Source: Geobacteraceae bacterium (lineage in GTDB: Bacteria; Desulfobacterota; Desulfuromonadia; Geobacterales; Geobacteraceae). From it: 31,240 nt of DNA. The stretch is from NCBI GenBank assembly GCA_041495805.1, contig JBGQDJ010000001.1:1-31240 (forward strand), read 5' to 3'. Position numbers and translations under genes: made by a program. Under the pieces are notes generated by a model. It did not search any database. It was given only the letters and a program-made list of their open reading frames with translations, and was not told where the DNA came from. Positions 8,143 to 16,862 of the stretch are shown piece after piece. Within the stretch, counting starts at the first letter, position 1. Every line of letters begins with the position of its first letter.

Positions 8143-9324
8143 ATGATCGACCCCAATTCCGTAATATTGAAATACCTTGTTTATCCGAAGCTGAAGGAGC
8201 CGCCATTCAAGGTCGTCATAATCGACAGCGGTTATCTCACTGTCCGCGAATGCCGAAAGGGGCTGGAGAAGCTCGGCCACACCGTCTTCACCATCGCCCC
8301 GGGTCCCGATTTCATCAAAAGGCTCCTTACTCTTCTTGTTGAGGCTCGCCCGGATTTTCTCCTGGCCATAAACCATCTCGGTTTCGATGAGGAAGGAAAG
8401 CTGACCGAACTTCTGACCGAACTCAAGATCCCGTTTGCATCATGGTATGTTGACAGCCCCACCTACATCCTTTATGGCGGAGAAAAGAATAGATCCCCCT
8501 ATTGCGCGGTCTTCTGCTGGGAGCGTTCATATCTCGGGCCGGTGGAGGAGATGGGGTTTCATTCCCCGACATTCCTACCCCTGGCCACCGATCCGGAGGT
8601 TTTCCGACCCGGCTCGGGTGAACGGGGACGCTTCCAACCATCCGTCAGTTTCGTCGGAGAGTCCATGGAGAGCAACCGGGAAAGATGGGAGAAAAAGGTG
8701 CCGGTCAAGGCCGCAAGGGAGATCGAGGCCATCTCCGCGGAAGGGATTCTCGGCGACCGGAAGAGGGATCTCCTCGATTTTTATCCCAAGATGTCCGGGT
8801 ATGCCTCCGGTAACCGTTCAAGGCTTGATATGGAGGCGGCCCTTATCTGGAAGGCGACCCAGGATTACCGGGTCCGCCTTAGCCTGGCCCTCATTCCCCT
8901 CGGGCTGGTCATTTACGGCGATCCCGGGTGGAAACGGCTGCTTGGGAAGAAGGGAACCTTGAGACCGAAGGTCGATTATTTCCGTGAACTTCCGGACGTT
9001 TACCGGGGGAGCGCGGTCAATATCAACTGCACCAGCTTCCAGATGAAGACGGCGGTCAACCAGCGGGTATTCGACGTGCCGGCGTGCGGCGGATTTCTTC
9101 TGAGTGATTATCAGGAGGATATGGACCTTTTCTTCGAAGTTGGGAAAGAGGCGGTCTGTTTCAAGAGCGTGGAAGAGGCCGCATCTCTGGCGGCCCATTA
9201 TCTGGTGAATGAAGGGGAAAGGAAAAAGATTGCCGAAGCGGCCCGCAGGAGGGTCCTGGCGGAACATACATATGAGAAGAGGATGGCGCATCTGGTTGCT
9301 GCAATGCGGGAAAGGTTCCCTTGA
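8143..9324 (+). CDS. CgeB-family (DUF3880/Glyco_trans_1_2) glycosyltransferase
   Basis: LAINHLGFD, FASWYVDSP, LPLATDPEVF, VSFVGES, VNQRVFDVPACGGFLLSDYQ, VLAEHTYEKRM. ATG 8143 preferred to the TTG at 8107. Confidence 0.88.
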   Translation: MIDPNSVILKYLVYPKLKEPPFKVVIIDSGYLTVRECRKGLEKLGHTVFTIAPGPDFIKRLLTLLVEARPDFLLAINHLGFDEEGKLTELLTELKIPFASWYVDSPTYILYGGEKNRSPYCAVFCWERSYLGPVEEMGFHSPTFLPLATDPEVFRPGSGERGRFQPSVSFVGESMESNRERWEKKVPVKAAREIEAISAEGILGDRKRDLLDFYPKMSGYASGNRSRLDMEAALIWKATQDYRVRLSLALIPLGLVIYGDPGWKRLLGKKGTLRPKVDYFRELPDVYRGSAVNINCTSFQMKTAVNQRVFDVPACGGFLLSDYQEDMDLFFEVGKEAVCFKSVEEAASLAAHYLVNEGERKKIAEAARRRVLAEHTYEKRMAHLVAAMRERFP

Positions 9325-9416
9325 AGCGGATTCCAAAGCCAAGCAGATGGTTTATTCCTTGAGATCCGTTTCCCGCTGATTACTTACAGCCCTGACTCAC
9401 CCGGATGCGGCCTGAA

Positions 9417-12400
9417 TTAAGCACCTACGGCATCCAAGACGATTTTATCCGGATTTTCTTCCCGATCAATTTCTACCGCATTCACCTCTAAACCCTTCCG
9501 ATGCAACTCCAGGCGGTCAACCCTGTTGTTTAAAAGATCGTCATAGAGTCCCCTGTACTGTTCCATCATGTCTTCGACACTCCTGGGCGGGTTTGCCATG
9601 CAATACCCCTTCATCTGACTGAGCAGTGAAGGATTGTCCATAAGTCTATTGATAAGTTCGACAAGACGGTCCACATCTCCCACAGGGAAGAGGAAACCGT
9701 TCTTTCCCTCATGCACCCGCTCGCTCATGGCCCCCACGTCGGAGGCAATGACCGGCACCCCGTGGGCAAATGCCTCCGACATAGTCAGGCAGAAGGTCTC
9801 CTCCCACAGGGAGGGGACTACGACCACGTCGCTGTTGCGAAATATTTCCGCCAGGTCCCTGGGCTGGTATGGCCCTTTGTTTTTCACCTCGTGCCGGTAG
9901 CGCTGCAGAAGCTCCTGGACCCCGGCGCCGAAGGACTGCATTATTACTGGACGGTTTTTCAGCCGGCGGGCTGCCTCGCCGAACACCTCGTAACCCTTTA
10001 TGCCCGTTGCGTTCCCAAGAAACGTGACCTGGAGCTGCCTGTTGCGGGGCCGCTGTTCCTGCCGGTTCGCTACTGCCACCCCATGGGGGACCACGACTAT
10101 CCGTTCACCTATCTCTCTTCCCAGCCCCTGGCAATATTTCTCCTTCACGTAGCCGGAGGGGGCGATAAGCAGGTTTGCGGCCCCTAGGGCTTCGGTGATT
10201 GCCGCACGCCGCCGGTGGAAATAGGCACCCAGGAAAGCCTTGAGGTCGCTGGATTGTTCCTTGCTTTCAACGATCAGCTTGTCCTGGAAGCAGTCGTAGC
10301 ATTCCTCCGCCTCCACGTCCGGGCCGAGGCGTCGGCACATGGCGGAGCGGTTCTGCTTTACCAGATTGTAAACGGGGCAGAGATAGAAGTAGTCATGGAG
10401 GGTCATGACCACCTTGATCCCGAGATTCTTTGCGATCAGCGGCAGGTTAAAGGTGCCGAAATTCAGCATGTGCTGAAAGTGGACGATCCTCACATCGGAA
10501 TTCCTCAATATCCGCTCGAAGTTTGTCTCAACTATCACACTTGTCGTACTGCTCGCCGCGTTGTCGAAGAGGATGTCGGAGGCGAGATTCCGCCTGGCAT
10601 AACGCAGCTCCATGACGTTTCCGTCGGCAATAGACGTATGGGCGTCACTGTTGACGACTTCGCTGTCGGGGAAGAAGACGGTTGAACGGAAGAACGGGTA
10701 AAGTCCTTCGGCCAGCTGGCGGGTATGGAGTTCCGTTCCCGCGTTGGTGTGATAATTGTGCAGCAGCTGCATGACATGGGGTTGATTCCCTGCTATCCGG
10801 CGGGAGATACCGTCATGGACCCGTTGCTGGATTTCGCGCAGGGGGTTCAGAATACAGAAGGCCAGGATGGTTTTATGGTACTGGGGCCAGCGCTGGTTGA
10901 GGAGTTTTTCATTGTCTATCTTGCGCTGATCAAGGTCTCCGGCGACCGTTTGGAAAGATGTGCTGCCGGAATGGAAAACGAAGGCGTCGTCAGCAATCTT
11001 TATACAGTAACCCCTTTTCTGGGCGCGCATGGCAAAGTCGTTCTCCTCTCCGTACCCTAACCCGAACACCTCATCCAGAGGACCTGTATCGCTCAGGCAT
11101 TTTCTGGATATGTACATGCAGAACCCGACTGCCGTTGGAATACGCGGATAGCTTCGCAGCGATACCTCTTCAACAATCCTAGCGAACTGGTCCACGGAAA
11201 TGCCGGGGGAAAGACAGTTGTTTTCGTTCATGCTGGGGACGGAGAGAATCGTGGCGTTGTTGGAAAGTGGGCAGACCATCCCGACCGACGGTTCCGACAT
11301 GGCCGCAGCCAGGATCTTTTCCGCCCACCCTTCGGTAACAATAGTGTCCGAATTGAGGACGATGACATCGCCCCGGGTCTCCACCAAGGCCGAATTAACG
11401 GTTTTGATAAAGCCGCGGTTGATTCCGTTGCGAACGAAGTGGATCCGGTCGTGCCGCTCAGCCTGGGCTGTCAGGAATTTACCGATGCGCGGGTCCGTGC
11501 TGGCGTCATCAATGAGGTATATCCGGTGTCGCTCGTCGGTGTTTCTCAAGACCGAATCCAGGCAGCGTCGGGTTTCGTCGAAGGCGTTGTAGACCGGGAT
11601 AATGATGTCCAGCAGCGGAGCCGTTCCGGTCTCTGCATTCTGTTGGGACGCCGGCGAGGCCTTTGCCTCGGATCGGAGGCGTTCGCTGAGGATGGTCAGT
11701 TCGCTGGTCTTCTGATGCTGAACGGCAAGCTGTTTCTGTAGTTTTTGATTGTCCGACTTCAGAAAAGCGGAATCCTGGGCACTCCTCTGTAGATCGGCAC
11801 GTTCCATGGCCAGGGAGTCGATAAGGGAGTCTTTCTCTTTTATGGTGGTGGTGCACGTGGAGATATATTCACGTGCACCACGGAGATCCAAGCGGTGTTT
11901 TTCGAGTTCCGATAAACAGGATTGCAGCAGCTGTTCGTCAGATTCCGAATCGGAGAGCGGAAGGGAAAATATTCTGACAAACTCGTTAATATCCTGGTGC
12001 GGTGCTGATTTCCTTGCCTTTATGATGAACTGGTATGTTCTGGCATCAGGGCAGAGCTCCAGCATTGGAACCAGCCTGGCCGGGAGCCGCTCGGTTTCGA
12101 CCGGGATTTCGGTCGCAAAGATGCCGTGGCGCACACGGCGCAGTTCCATAGGGGTCAGACCGGCATCCATAACCAGGGCGCAAAGGCTCTGCAGGCCGAA
12201 GAAACGGACATGAGTTGCATCCAGAAGTCCCATGTCGCGATAGTTGAAGTTCCCCGCCAAGAGAGAGGCGATCACGCTGGCGTGGCCCAAGTTAGGGATG
12301 GAAATGATCAGGTTGCCGTCCTGCGCAAGCTTTTCAGTTATTGCCCTGACGAAGGCCCATGGATCGATCAGGTGCTCAATGACATCGCCTAGCACGATGG

Positions 12401-12698
12401 TGTCGAAGGCGTTGTTTTCCAGCTGATTCAGCACTTCAGGCGAGGTGACATCGCCGACGATGAACTGGTCGTAATAGGGTTGCGCCTGCTCTGCAGCTAC
12501 AGGGTCGACTTCCAGGCCGACCAGTCGCATCCCCCGGCCCTGTAGCGAGTTCCCGATGCAGCCGGTTGCACACCCCACATCAAGAAGGGATCCGGTTCCT
12601 GTAATGAAATCCATGATGATGGGATGAGAATCGTTGGCGTCAAGTTTGGCGATATCGTCGATATGGTAACGTGTGGCATAATCGTCTTCCTGGTGCAT
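9417..12698 (-). CDS. Multidomain SAM-methyltransferase + coiled coil + GT2 + GT4 glycosyltransferase
   Basis: MTase LLDVGCATG...FDTIVLGDVIEHL; ~90-aa heptad-rich segment; GT2 DIIIPVYN...IDDASTD...VLNSDTIV; GT4 HFQH...TLHDY...VVVVPSLWEETFCLTMSEAFAHGVPVIAS. Start ATG 12698 with GGAGG RBS. Confidence 0.9.
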   Translation of the reverse strand: MHQEDDYATRYHIDDIAKLDANDSHPIIMDFITGTGSLLDVGCATGCIGNSLQGRGMRLVGLEVDPVAAEQAQPYYDQFIVGDVTSPEVLNQLENNAFDTIVLGDVIEHLIDPWAFVRAITEKLAQDGNLIISIPNLGHASVIASLLAGNFNYRDMGLLDATHVRFFGLQSLCALVMDAGLTPMELRRVRHGIFATEIPVETERLPARLVPMLELCPDARTYQFIIKARKSAPHQDINEFVRIFSLPLSDSESDEQLLQSCLSELEKHRLDLRGAREYISTCTTTIKEKDSLIDSLAMERADLQRSAQDSAFLKSDNQKLQKQLAVQHQKTSELTILSERLRSEAKASPASQQNAETGTAPLLDIIIPVYNAFDETRRCLDSVLRNTDERHRIYLIDDASTDPRIGKFLTAQAERHDRIHFVRNGINRGFIKTVNSALVETRGDVIVLNSDTIVTEGWAEKILAAAMSEPSVGMVCPLSNNATILSVPSMNENNCLSPGISVDQFARIVEEVSLRSYPRIPTAVGFCMYISRKCLSDTGPLDEVFGLGYGEENDFAMRAQKRGYCIKIADDAFVFHSGSTSFQTVAGDLDQRKIDNEKLLNQRWPQYHKTILAFCILNPLREIQQRVHDGISRRIAGNQPHVMQLLHNYHTNAGTELHTRQLAEGLYPFFRSTVFFPDSEVVNSDAHTSIADGNVMELRYARRNLASDILFDNAASSTTSVIVETNFERILRNSDVRIVHFQHMLNFGTFNLPLIAKNLGIKVVMTLHDYFYLCPVYNLVKQNRSAMCRRLGPDVEAEECYDCFQDKLIVESKEQSSDLKAFLGAYFHRRRAAITEALGAANLLIAPSGYVKEKYCQGLGREIGERIVVVPHGVAVANRQEQRPRNRQLQVTFLGNATGIKGYEVFGEAARRLKNRPVIMQSFGAGVQELLQRYRHEVKNKGPYQPRDLAEIFRNSDVVVVPSLWEETFCLTMSEAFAHGVPVIASDVGAMSERVHEGKNGFLFPVGDVDRLVELINRLMDNPSLLSQMKGYCMANPPRSVEDMMEQYRGLYDDLLNNRVDRLELHRKGLEVNAVEIDREENPDKIVLDAVGA

Positions 12699-12720
12699 CT
12701 GCGTACCTCCCGGTGTGATA

Positions 12721-13956
12721 CTATCCGGCCTGCGGAGCATTGTCGCATCTATTCATCTTCTCCATGAGCGCCTTCGAGCGGATGAGAAGTGAGTCGCGTA
12801 CCTTGATGTCGGCGAGAAGCCGCTCCTTTACAGCGTCGCTCTCCTGCAGCAGGCTGCTTTCCCTGTCGTTGGCCGATTCTATATACCTGCGTTGCGTCAT
12901 TATTTCACCGACCAGCTGCTGTGCATCGAGTTTCAGAAGTTCCTGGCTTATTACCCGATCATTATCAGTGGTCGGCTTGACGAGTGAACAGTCCCAGCAT
13001 TTACGACGCATCTTGCCGCTGACAAGTTCCTTGCGCAACTCTAGATAAGGCGGTGAATTCCAGATGTCGAGCACATTGGTTGTCATGATGTTGTTTCTGG
13101 CGGGAATACCTTCGCAACACATGAACACTGAACCGTCCACGGCCACATGAAAAAACGTCCAAGGGAAAGTGCATTTCTGCCTTGTCACATTCATCTTCTC
13201 ATCCATAAAGCGGCAGATGAATTCGACTCCCTGCCGTTCCGCAAACAGTTTTGCAGCTGTAAGAATCGGCAACGAATAGTCGCGGTTCTCAAAGAGGTCT
13301 TCGCCGGTGAGGGAGCCGTCATAGTCACGCACCGGCTGAACCACGATCGAGGAGAGACCGACGCTGAGGCCCCGCTGAATTATCTCTTCCAGCTGATGAA
13401 TGTTACGCCTCATGCCGACAAAACAGAACTGGAGCTCCGGTTTGCTCATTCCCAGTCTCTGCTTGAGGGAGTGGAACTCCCCCAGTCGCTCCCAAAGGAC
13501 TTTCTGGTAGCAGGCCACTCCTTCCCGCGTCGGGGAAAATGCGTGACCCAGTTCGTTGTCTCCGTCGACAGAAACCTGGATACGGGTCAGGCCGGCTTCG
13601 ATAAGCCCTCTTAGCTTTTCTCCTTTGACCAGCAAAAAGTTGGTGGTAAAAGCCGTCTCAATATCGGGATTTACGGATCTGATCATTCTGATGATGGGGA
13701 TTATATCCGGGTGCAGGAGCGGTTCGCCGAAACCGCTCAACCAGACCAGTCTTGTTTTTTTTAAAAGCGGCAGCACATTCTGGACCATTTCCATGGTCAT
13801 GTCGGTATTTTCCGGGAGTCTGAAACCTGAAAAACTCCGTTGGCACATCTTACAGTTGAGGTTGCATCGCACCGTAAGTTCGAGGTTTACCGTTTCAGGT
13901 CCTGATTCGACTTGGTAATTGTCTAACCCGCCAGTCATGGTTTCCATGTCCTTCAT
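12721..13956 (-). CDS. Radical SAM protein with SPASM/Twitch domain and C-terminal coiled coil
   Basis: CNLNCKMC (CxxxCxxC), LSGFGEPLLHP, TTNF, C-terminal CTFPW...VDGSVFMCC...IWNS...CWDC. Confidence 0.9.
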   Translation of the reverse strand: MKDMETMTGGLDNYQVESGPETVNLELTVRCNLNCKMCQRSFSGFRLPENTDMTMEMVQNVLPLLKKTRLVWLSGFGEPLLHPDIIPIIRMIRSVNPDIETAFTTNFLLVKGEKLRGLIEAGLTRIQVSVDGDNELGHAFSPTREGVACYQKVLWERLGEFHSLKQRLGMSKPELQFCFVGMRRNIHQLEEIIQRGLSVGLSSIVVQPVRDYDGSLTGEDLFENRDYSLPILTAAKLFAERQGVEFICRFMDEKMNVTRQKCTFPWTFFHVAVDGSVFMCCEGIPARNNIMTTNVLDIWNSPPYLELRKELVSGKMRRKCWDCSLVKPTTDNDRVISQELLKLDAQQLVGEIMTQRRYIESANDRESSLLQESDAVKERLLADIKVRDSLLIRSKALMEKMNRCDNAPQAG

Positions 13957-14062
13957 ATTTCCAACCTCGTCCTCTTTGTAATATTAGCTCTGCCCAAGCG
14001 AGTTCCCCATGATCGGAACAGTCTCCGGGTTATTGGGAAATGCTCGCACCGGATGTTACCGG

Positions 14063-16834
14063 CTATTTTTTCACAATGACACAGCAGTTCATCAACAGTT
14101 CTTCCTTGGCATCATGGGAATAGGCTGTGTCGTGCAGCCGTATCTTTTCCCAGGCCCATTCGGGCAACACATCGCAGCCTTTCCCCAGCGCCTGGTGCAG
14201 AAACGTTTCTGTTTTGTCCGCAAAATACATATCCGATACACCGAACGGCTGAATCTGGAACTCTGAAAAACGCTGCTGCTCACATATTTCCCGAAAATAC
14301 TTGGCGGTAAACAGCCACTTGTCGTCCATTTGCTGGAATTGCGGCGCGGATTTATCCCGACCCTTGCGGGTGTCGAAATCGAACATGATAGCCCGGAGAA
14401 ACTGGGCAGTTTCGGGGTGAAGCGTGTTTTGCCGCGGATCGTCCAGAATGGCGCCGTAGATGTTACGCAGCGCAATGTGGCCGGTCTCGAACGGCTCAAA
14501 GAACACGGCATGCCCCCCCGGCTTCAGCACATTTTTGCAGGCGGCAAGAGTTTTATCCGGGGAGAAGAGGTGATGAAGTATTGCAATACCGAAAACGAAA
14601 TCAAAGGAATCGTTGTGAAAATCGATTTCTTCGGCATTCAGCTGCATCAGGGCGCAGTTGGGGCCGCGGCGCTGTTCGGCAAGCACTTCCTTCAGCAGCA
14701 CCAGGAGTTCGATGCTGAGGTCGCTTGCAATGACGAGGGAATCAGGACAAAGGTTTAGCAAGGGAATGATTGAGTTGCCAGACCCCGACCCAACGTCCAG
14801 AATCGTGAGCCCCTCGGTGGTGGGCAGATTGAGTCTTTGCAGGACATCTGCGATCACTGCCTGAAAGTAATCGAAGGACTGGAATCTCTGCTTATAGATG
14901 GCGGCGTTGTCTGTAAACTGGGAGGTCAAGTAACGGCCAACGGTTGAATTGTCATAGAGGGGGGAGTAAATATCTTGCAGCCGCCCGTCTCCCCCGGAGC
15001 CAAGGTCGTAGAGCTGATGGCGGTACAGCTTTTTCCAGGAGGGGGGAGCAGGCGACCAGCCCGGACAGGTTTGCGACAATTTCTGCAAATTTTCGAGGGC
15101 AGCGCCATAATCATTCTTCACGGAGAGAGCCTGGCGCAGACACTTTTTTGCATCGTCAACCCGGCCGAAATGGGAGAGCAGTACGCCAAGGTTGTTCCAG
15201 TTTTCATGATTGCCGGGAAAAAATTCCGTCAATCGGTGCGACAATTTAAGGGCTATTCCTGGATTACCAGCGGCGTACTGGCTTTCTACAAGACTGTCCA
15301 GCCTGCATGCGCTGCGACTGGCTTCCTCCTTAGATGTGAATGAGGGGAATGGTTCCCCTCTTTGTATAGCGCCCAGGCAATCAATTGCCCCTTGATATTC
15401 CGTCATGATCTCGTAAAGACGCTCTTGCGGGAGAGTCTCCTCTGCCAGATACACTGAATTGTTGCACCTGCGCCGCTCGATCCATTCCAGGAATGTTCCG
15501 GCATTGGAGTCCCTGAAAGAGGCGAAGATTGCCAGTCGCTCCCAATCAAAATCCTGCAGAACGATAAGACCGTTTGTTACAGCATACTCCCACAATTCCG
15601 TGCCCGGGATCGGCATGAGGATGTTGACTGAAATGGCCGTGGTGAGCTTCTCCTCGGCGATGTTCTTCAAGATAAATTCGTATGTACTGCGCACATCCTC
15701 TTCGGTTTCCGTGGGCCAGCCCACGATGAACGAACACATTGTGGCTATCCCGTACTTCTTCAGGAGGTCAAGCGCCCGCTGGTTTTGTTCGATGGTAGTT
15801 CCCTTGTTCATGAGTCGCAATATCCTGTTCGAACCCGATTCGGCGCCGAATCCCACGCCGATAACATTCAGCCGTTTCAGCAGCAGGCACAATTCGTCGT
15901 CGATAAGGTTCGCCCTCACGGAAAAACTGGAGGGAACTCGGGCGTTGATCCCTTTTTCTTCCAAAAGCTCGATGATCTTTACCAGGCGCCGCCGCTCGGC
16001 AATAAACAGGTCATCCCAAACCTGAATGTGTTTTGTTTCGGGGAATTCGGCCAGGAGCTGCTCTATTTCAGCTACGACAAATTCGGCGCTGAAGAAGCGG
16101 GTCTTCTCCCAGAAAGCAGAGCTACTGCAGAAGGAGCATTTATAAGGGCAGCCTCTGGAGGTAAATATATACTGGTCGCCGCCGGCGCTTCGATCAGGGT
16201 GAGGCAGTGCATCGAGCGTTGCTATAAGGCCTCTTTCCTCTGTCTTGACAAGTCGGCCGGCATCCCGATAAACGATCCCCTTGATCGTTCCCAGTTCATT
16301 GACATTCAGCGCCAGGTCGTGAGCCAGAAGATGTTCCACCAGTTCCAGCAAGGTTTGTTCCCCTTCACCAAGCACAGCCACATCGAAATCCGGGCTCAAT
16401 GTGTCGGGAAGATAAGAGATGTGGTGACCGCCCAGGATGGTTACGCTGTGCGGGGAGCGGAGTTTGACATCTCTGGCTATCCTAATCGCACGGGAATAGT
16501 CCTGGGAAGTGGCGGAAATAGCCACGATCCGGCAATCCTCGAGCAAGGCGGGATCTTCGATGAGGCACAGTGTCACCTTGCCCGGCAGGTGCCGTTCGAG
16601 ATACGCTTTCAGATAACCGTAAGCCAGCGGCTTGAACCACTGCACGTCCATGCAGTTGGCAGCTTTGATGAAGCCGATGGTAACGGGGGATGCCGGGGCG
16701 CATTGTCCGTCAACCGGCTCGGGAATGCCGGCTTGCCGGTGGTGTTGAGCCATGTTCCTGGCTCTGCCGGAATCGCTGCAGTAGTGAACGCCTTCTGTTC
16801 CGGCCCGGCTTGCGAGGATCAATCCTGATTTCAT
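14063..16834 (-). CDS. Cobalamin-dependent (class B) radical SAM protein fused to TPR and a C-terminal SAM-methyltransferase
   Basis: B12 domain PLAYGYLKAYL...ILGGHH...GEGEQTL; TSRGCPYKCSFC; GAESGS; TPR NWNNLGVLL; MTase ILDVGSGSG...FDFVFGIAILHH. Start uncertain (16834 chosen; 16930 or 16753 possible). Confidence 0.88.
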   Translation of the reverse strand: MKSGLILASRAGTEGVHYCSDSGRARNMAQHHRQAGIPEPVDGQCAPASPVTIGFIKAANCMDVQWFKPLAYGYLKAYLERHLPGKVTLCLIEDPALLEDCRIVAISATSQDYSRAIRIARDVKLRSPHSVTILGGHHISYLPDTLSPDFDVAVLGEGEQTLLELVEHLLAHDLALNVNELGTIKGIVYRDAGRLVKTEERGLIATLDALPHPDRSAGGDQYIFTSRGCPYKCSFCSSSAFWEKTRFFSAEFVVAEIEQLLAEFPETKHIQVWDDLFIAERRRLVKIIELLEEKGINARVPSSFSVRANLIDDELCLLLKRLNVIGVGFGAESGSNRILRLMNKGTTIEQNQRALDLLKKYGIATMCSFIVGWPTETEEDVRSTYEFILKNIAEEKLTTAISVNILMPIPGTELWEYAVTNGLIVLQDFDWERLAIFASFRDSNAGTFLEWIERRRCNNSVYLAEETLPQERLYEIMTEYQGAIDCLGAIQRGEPFPSFTSKEEASRSACRLDSLVESQYAAGNPGIALKLSHRLTEFFPGNHENWNNLGVLLSHFGRVDDAKKCLRQALSVKNDYGAALENLQKLSQTCPGWSPAPPSWKKLYRHQLYDLGSGGDGRLQDIYSPLYDNSTVGRYLTSQFTDNAAIYKQRFQSFDYFQAVIADVLQRLNLPTTEGLTILDVGSGSGNSIIPLLNLCPDSLVIASDLSIELLVLLKEVLAEQRRGPNCALMQLNAEEIDFHNDSFDFVFGIAILHHLFSPDKTLAACKNVLKPGGHAVFFEPFETGHIALRNIYGAILDDPRQNTLHPETAQFLRAIMFDFDTRKGRDKSAPQFQQMDDKWLFTAKYFREICEQQRFSEFQIQPFGVSDMYFADKTETFLHQALGKGCDVLPEWAWEKIRLHDTAYSHDAKEELLMNCCVIVKK

Positions 16835-16862
16835 TGTGGCCGCCTTTGTCTGGATGTCATAA

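Noticed and set aside
129-14065. Genome-wide TAG reassignment
   Set aside because: TAG terminates several genes at their expected C-termini, with the next gene out of frame or a further stop soon after.
15785-16828. 347-aa plus-strand ORF, and similar long antisense/overlapping ORFs (e.g. 90..656, 702..1406, 6823..7545, 18750..19607, 19674..20486, 29500..30102)
   Set aside because: Shadow frames of well-supported genes on the opposite strand; no recognisable motifs or RBS.
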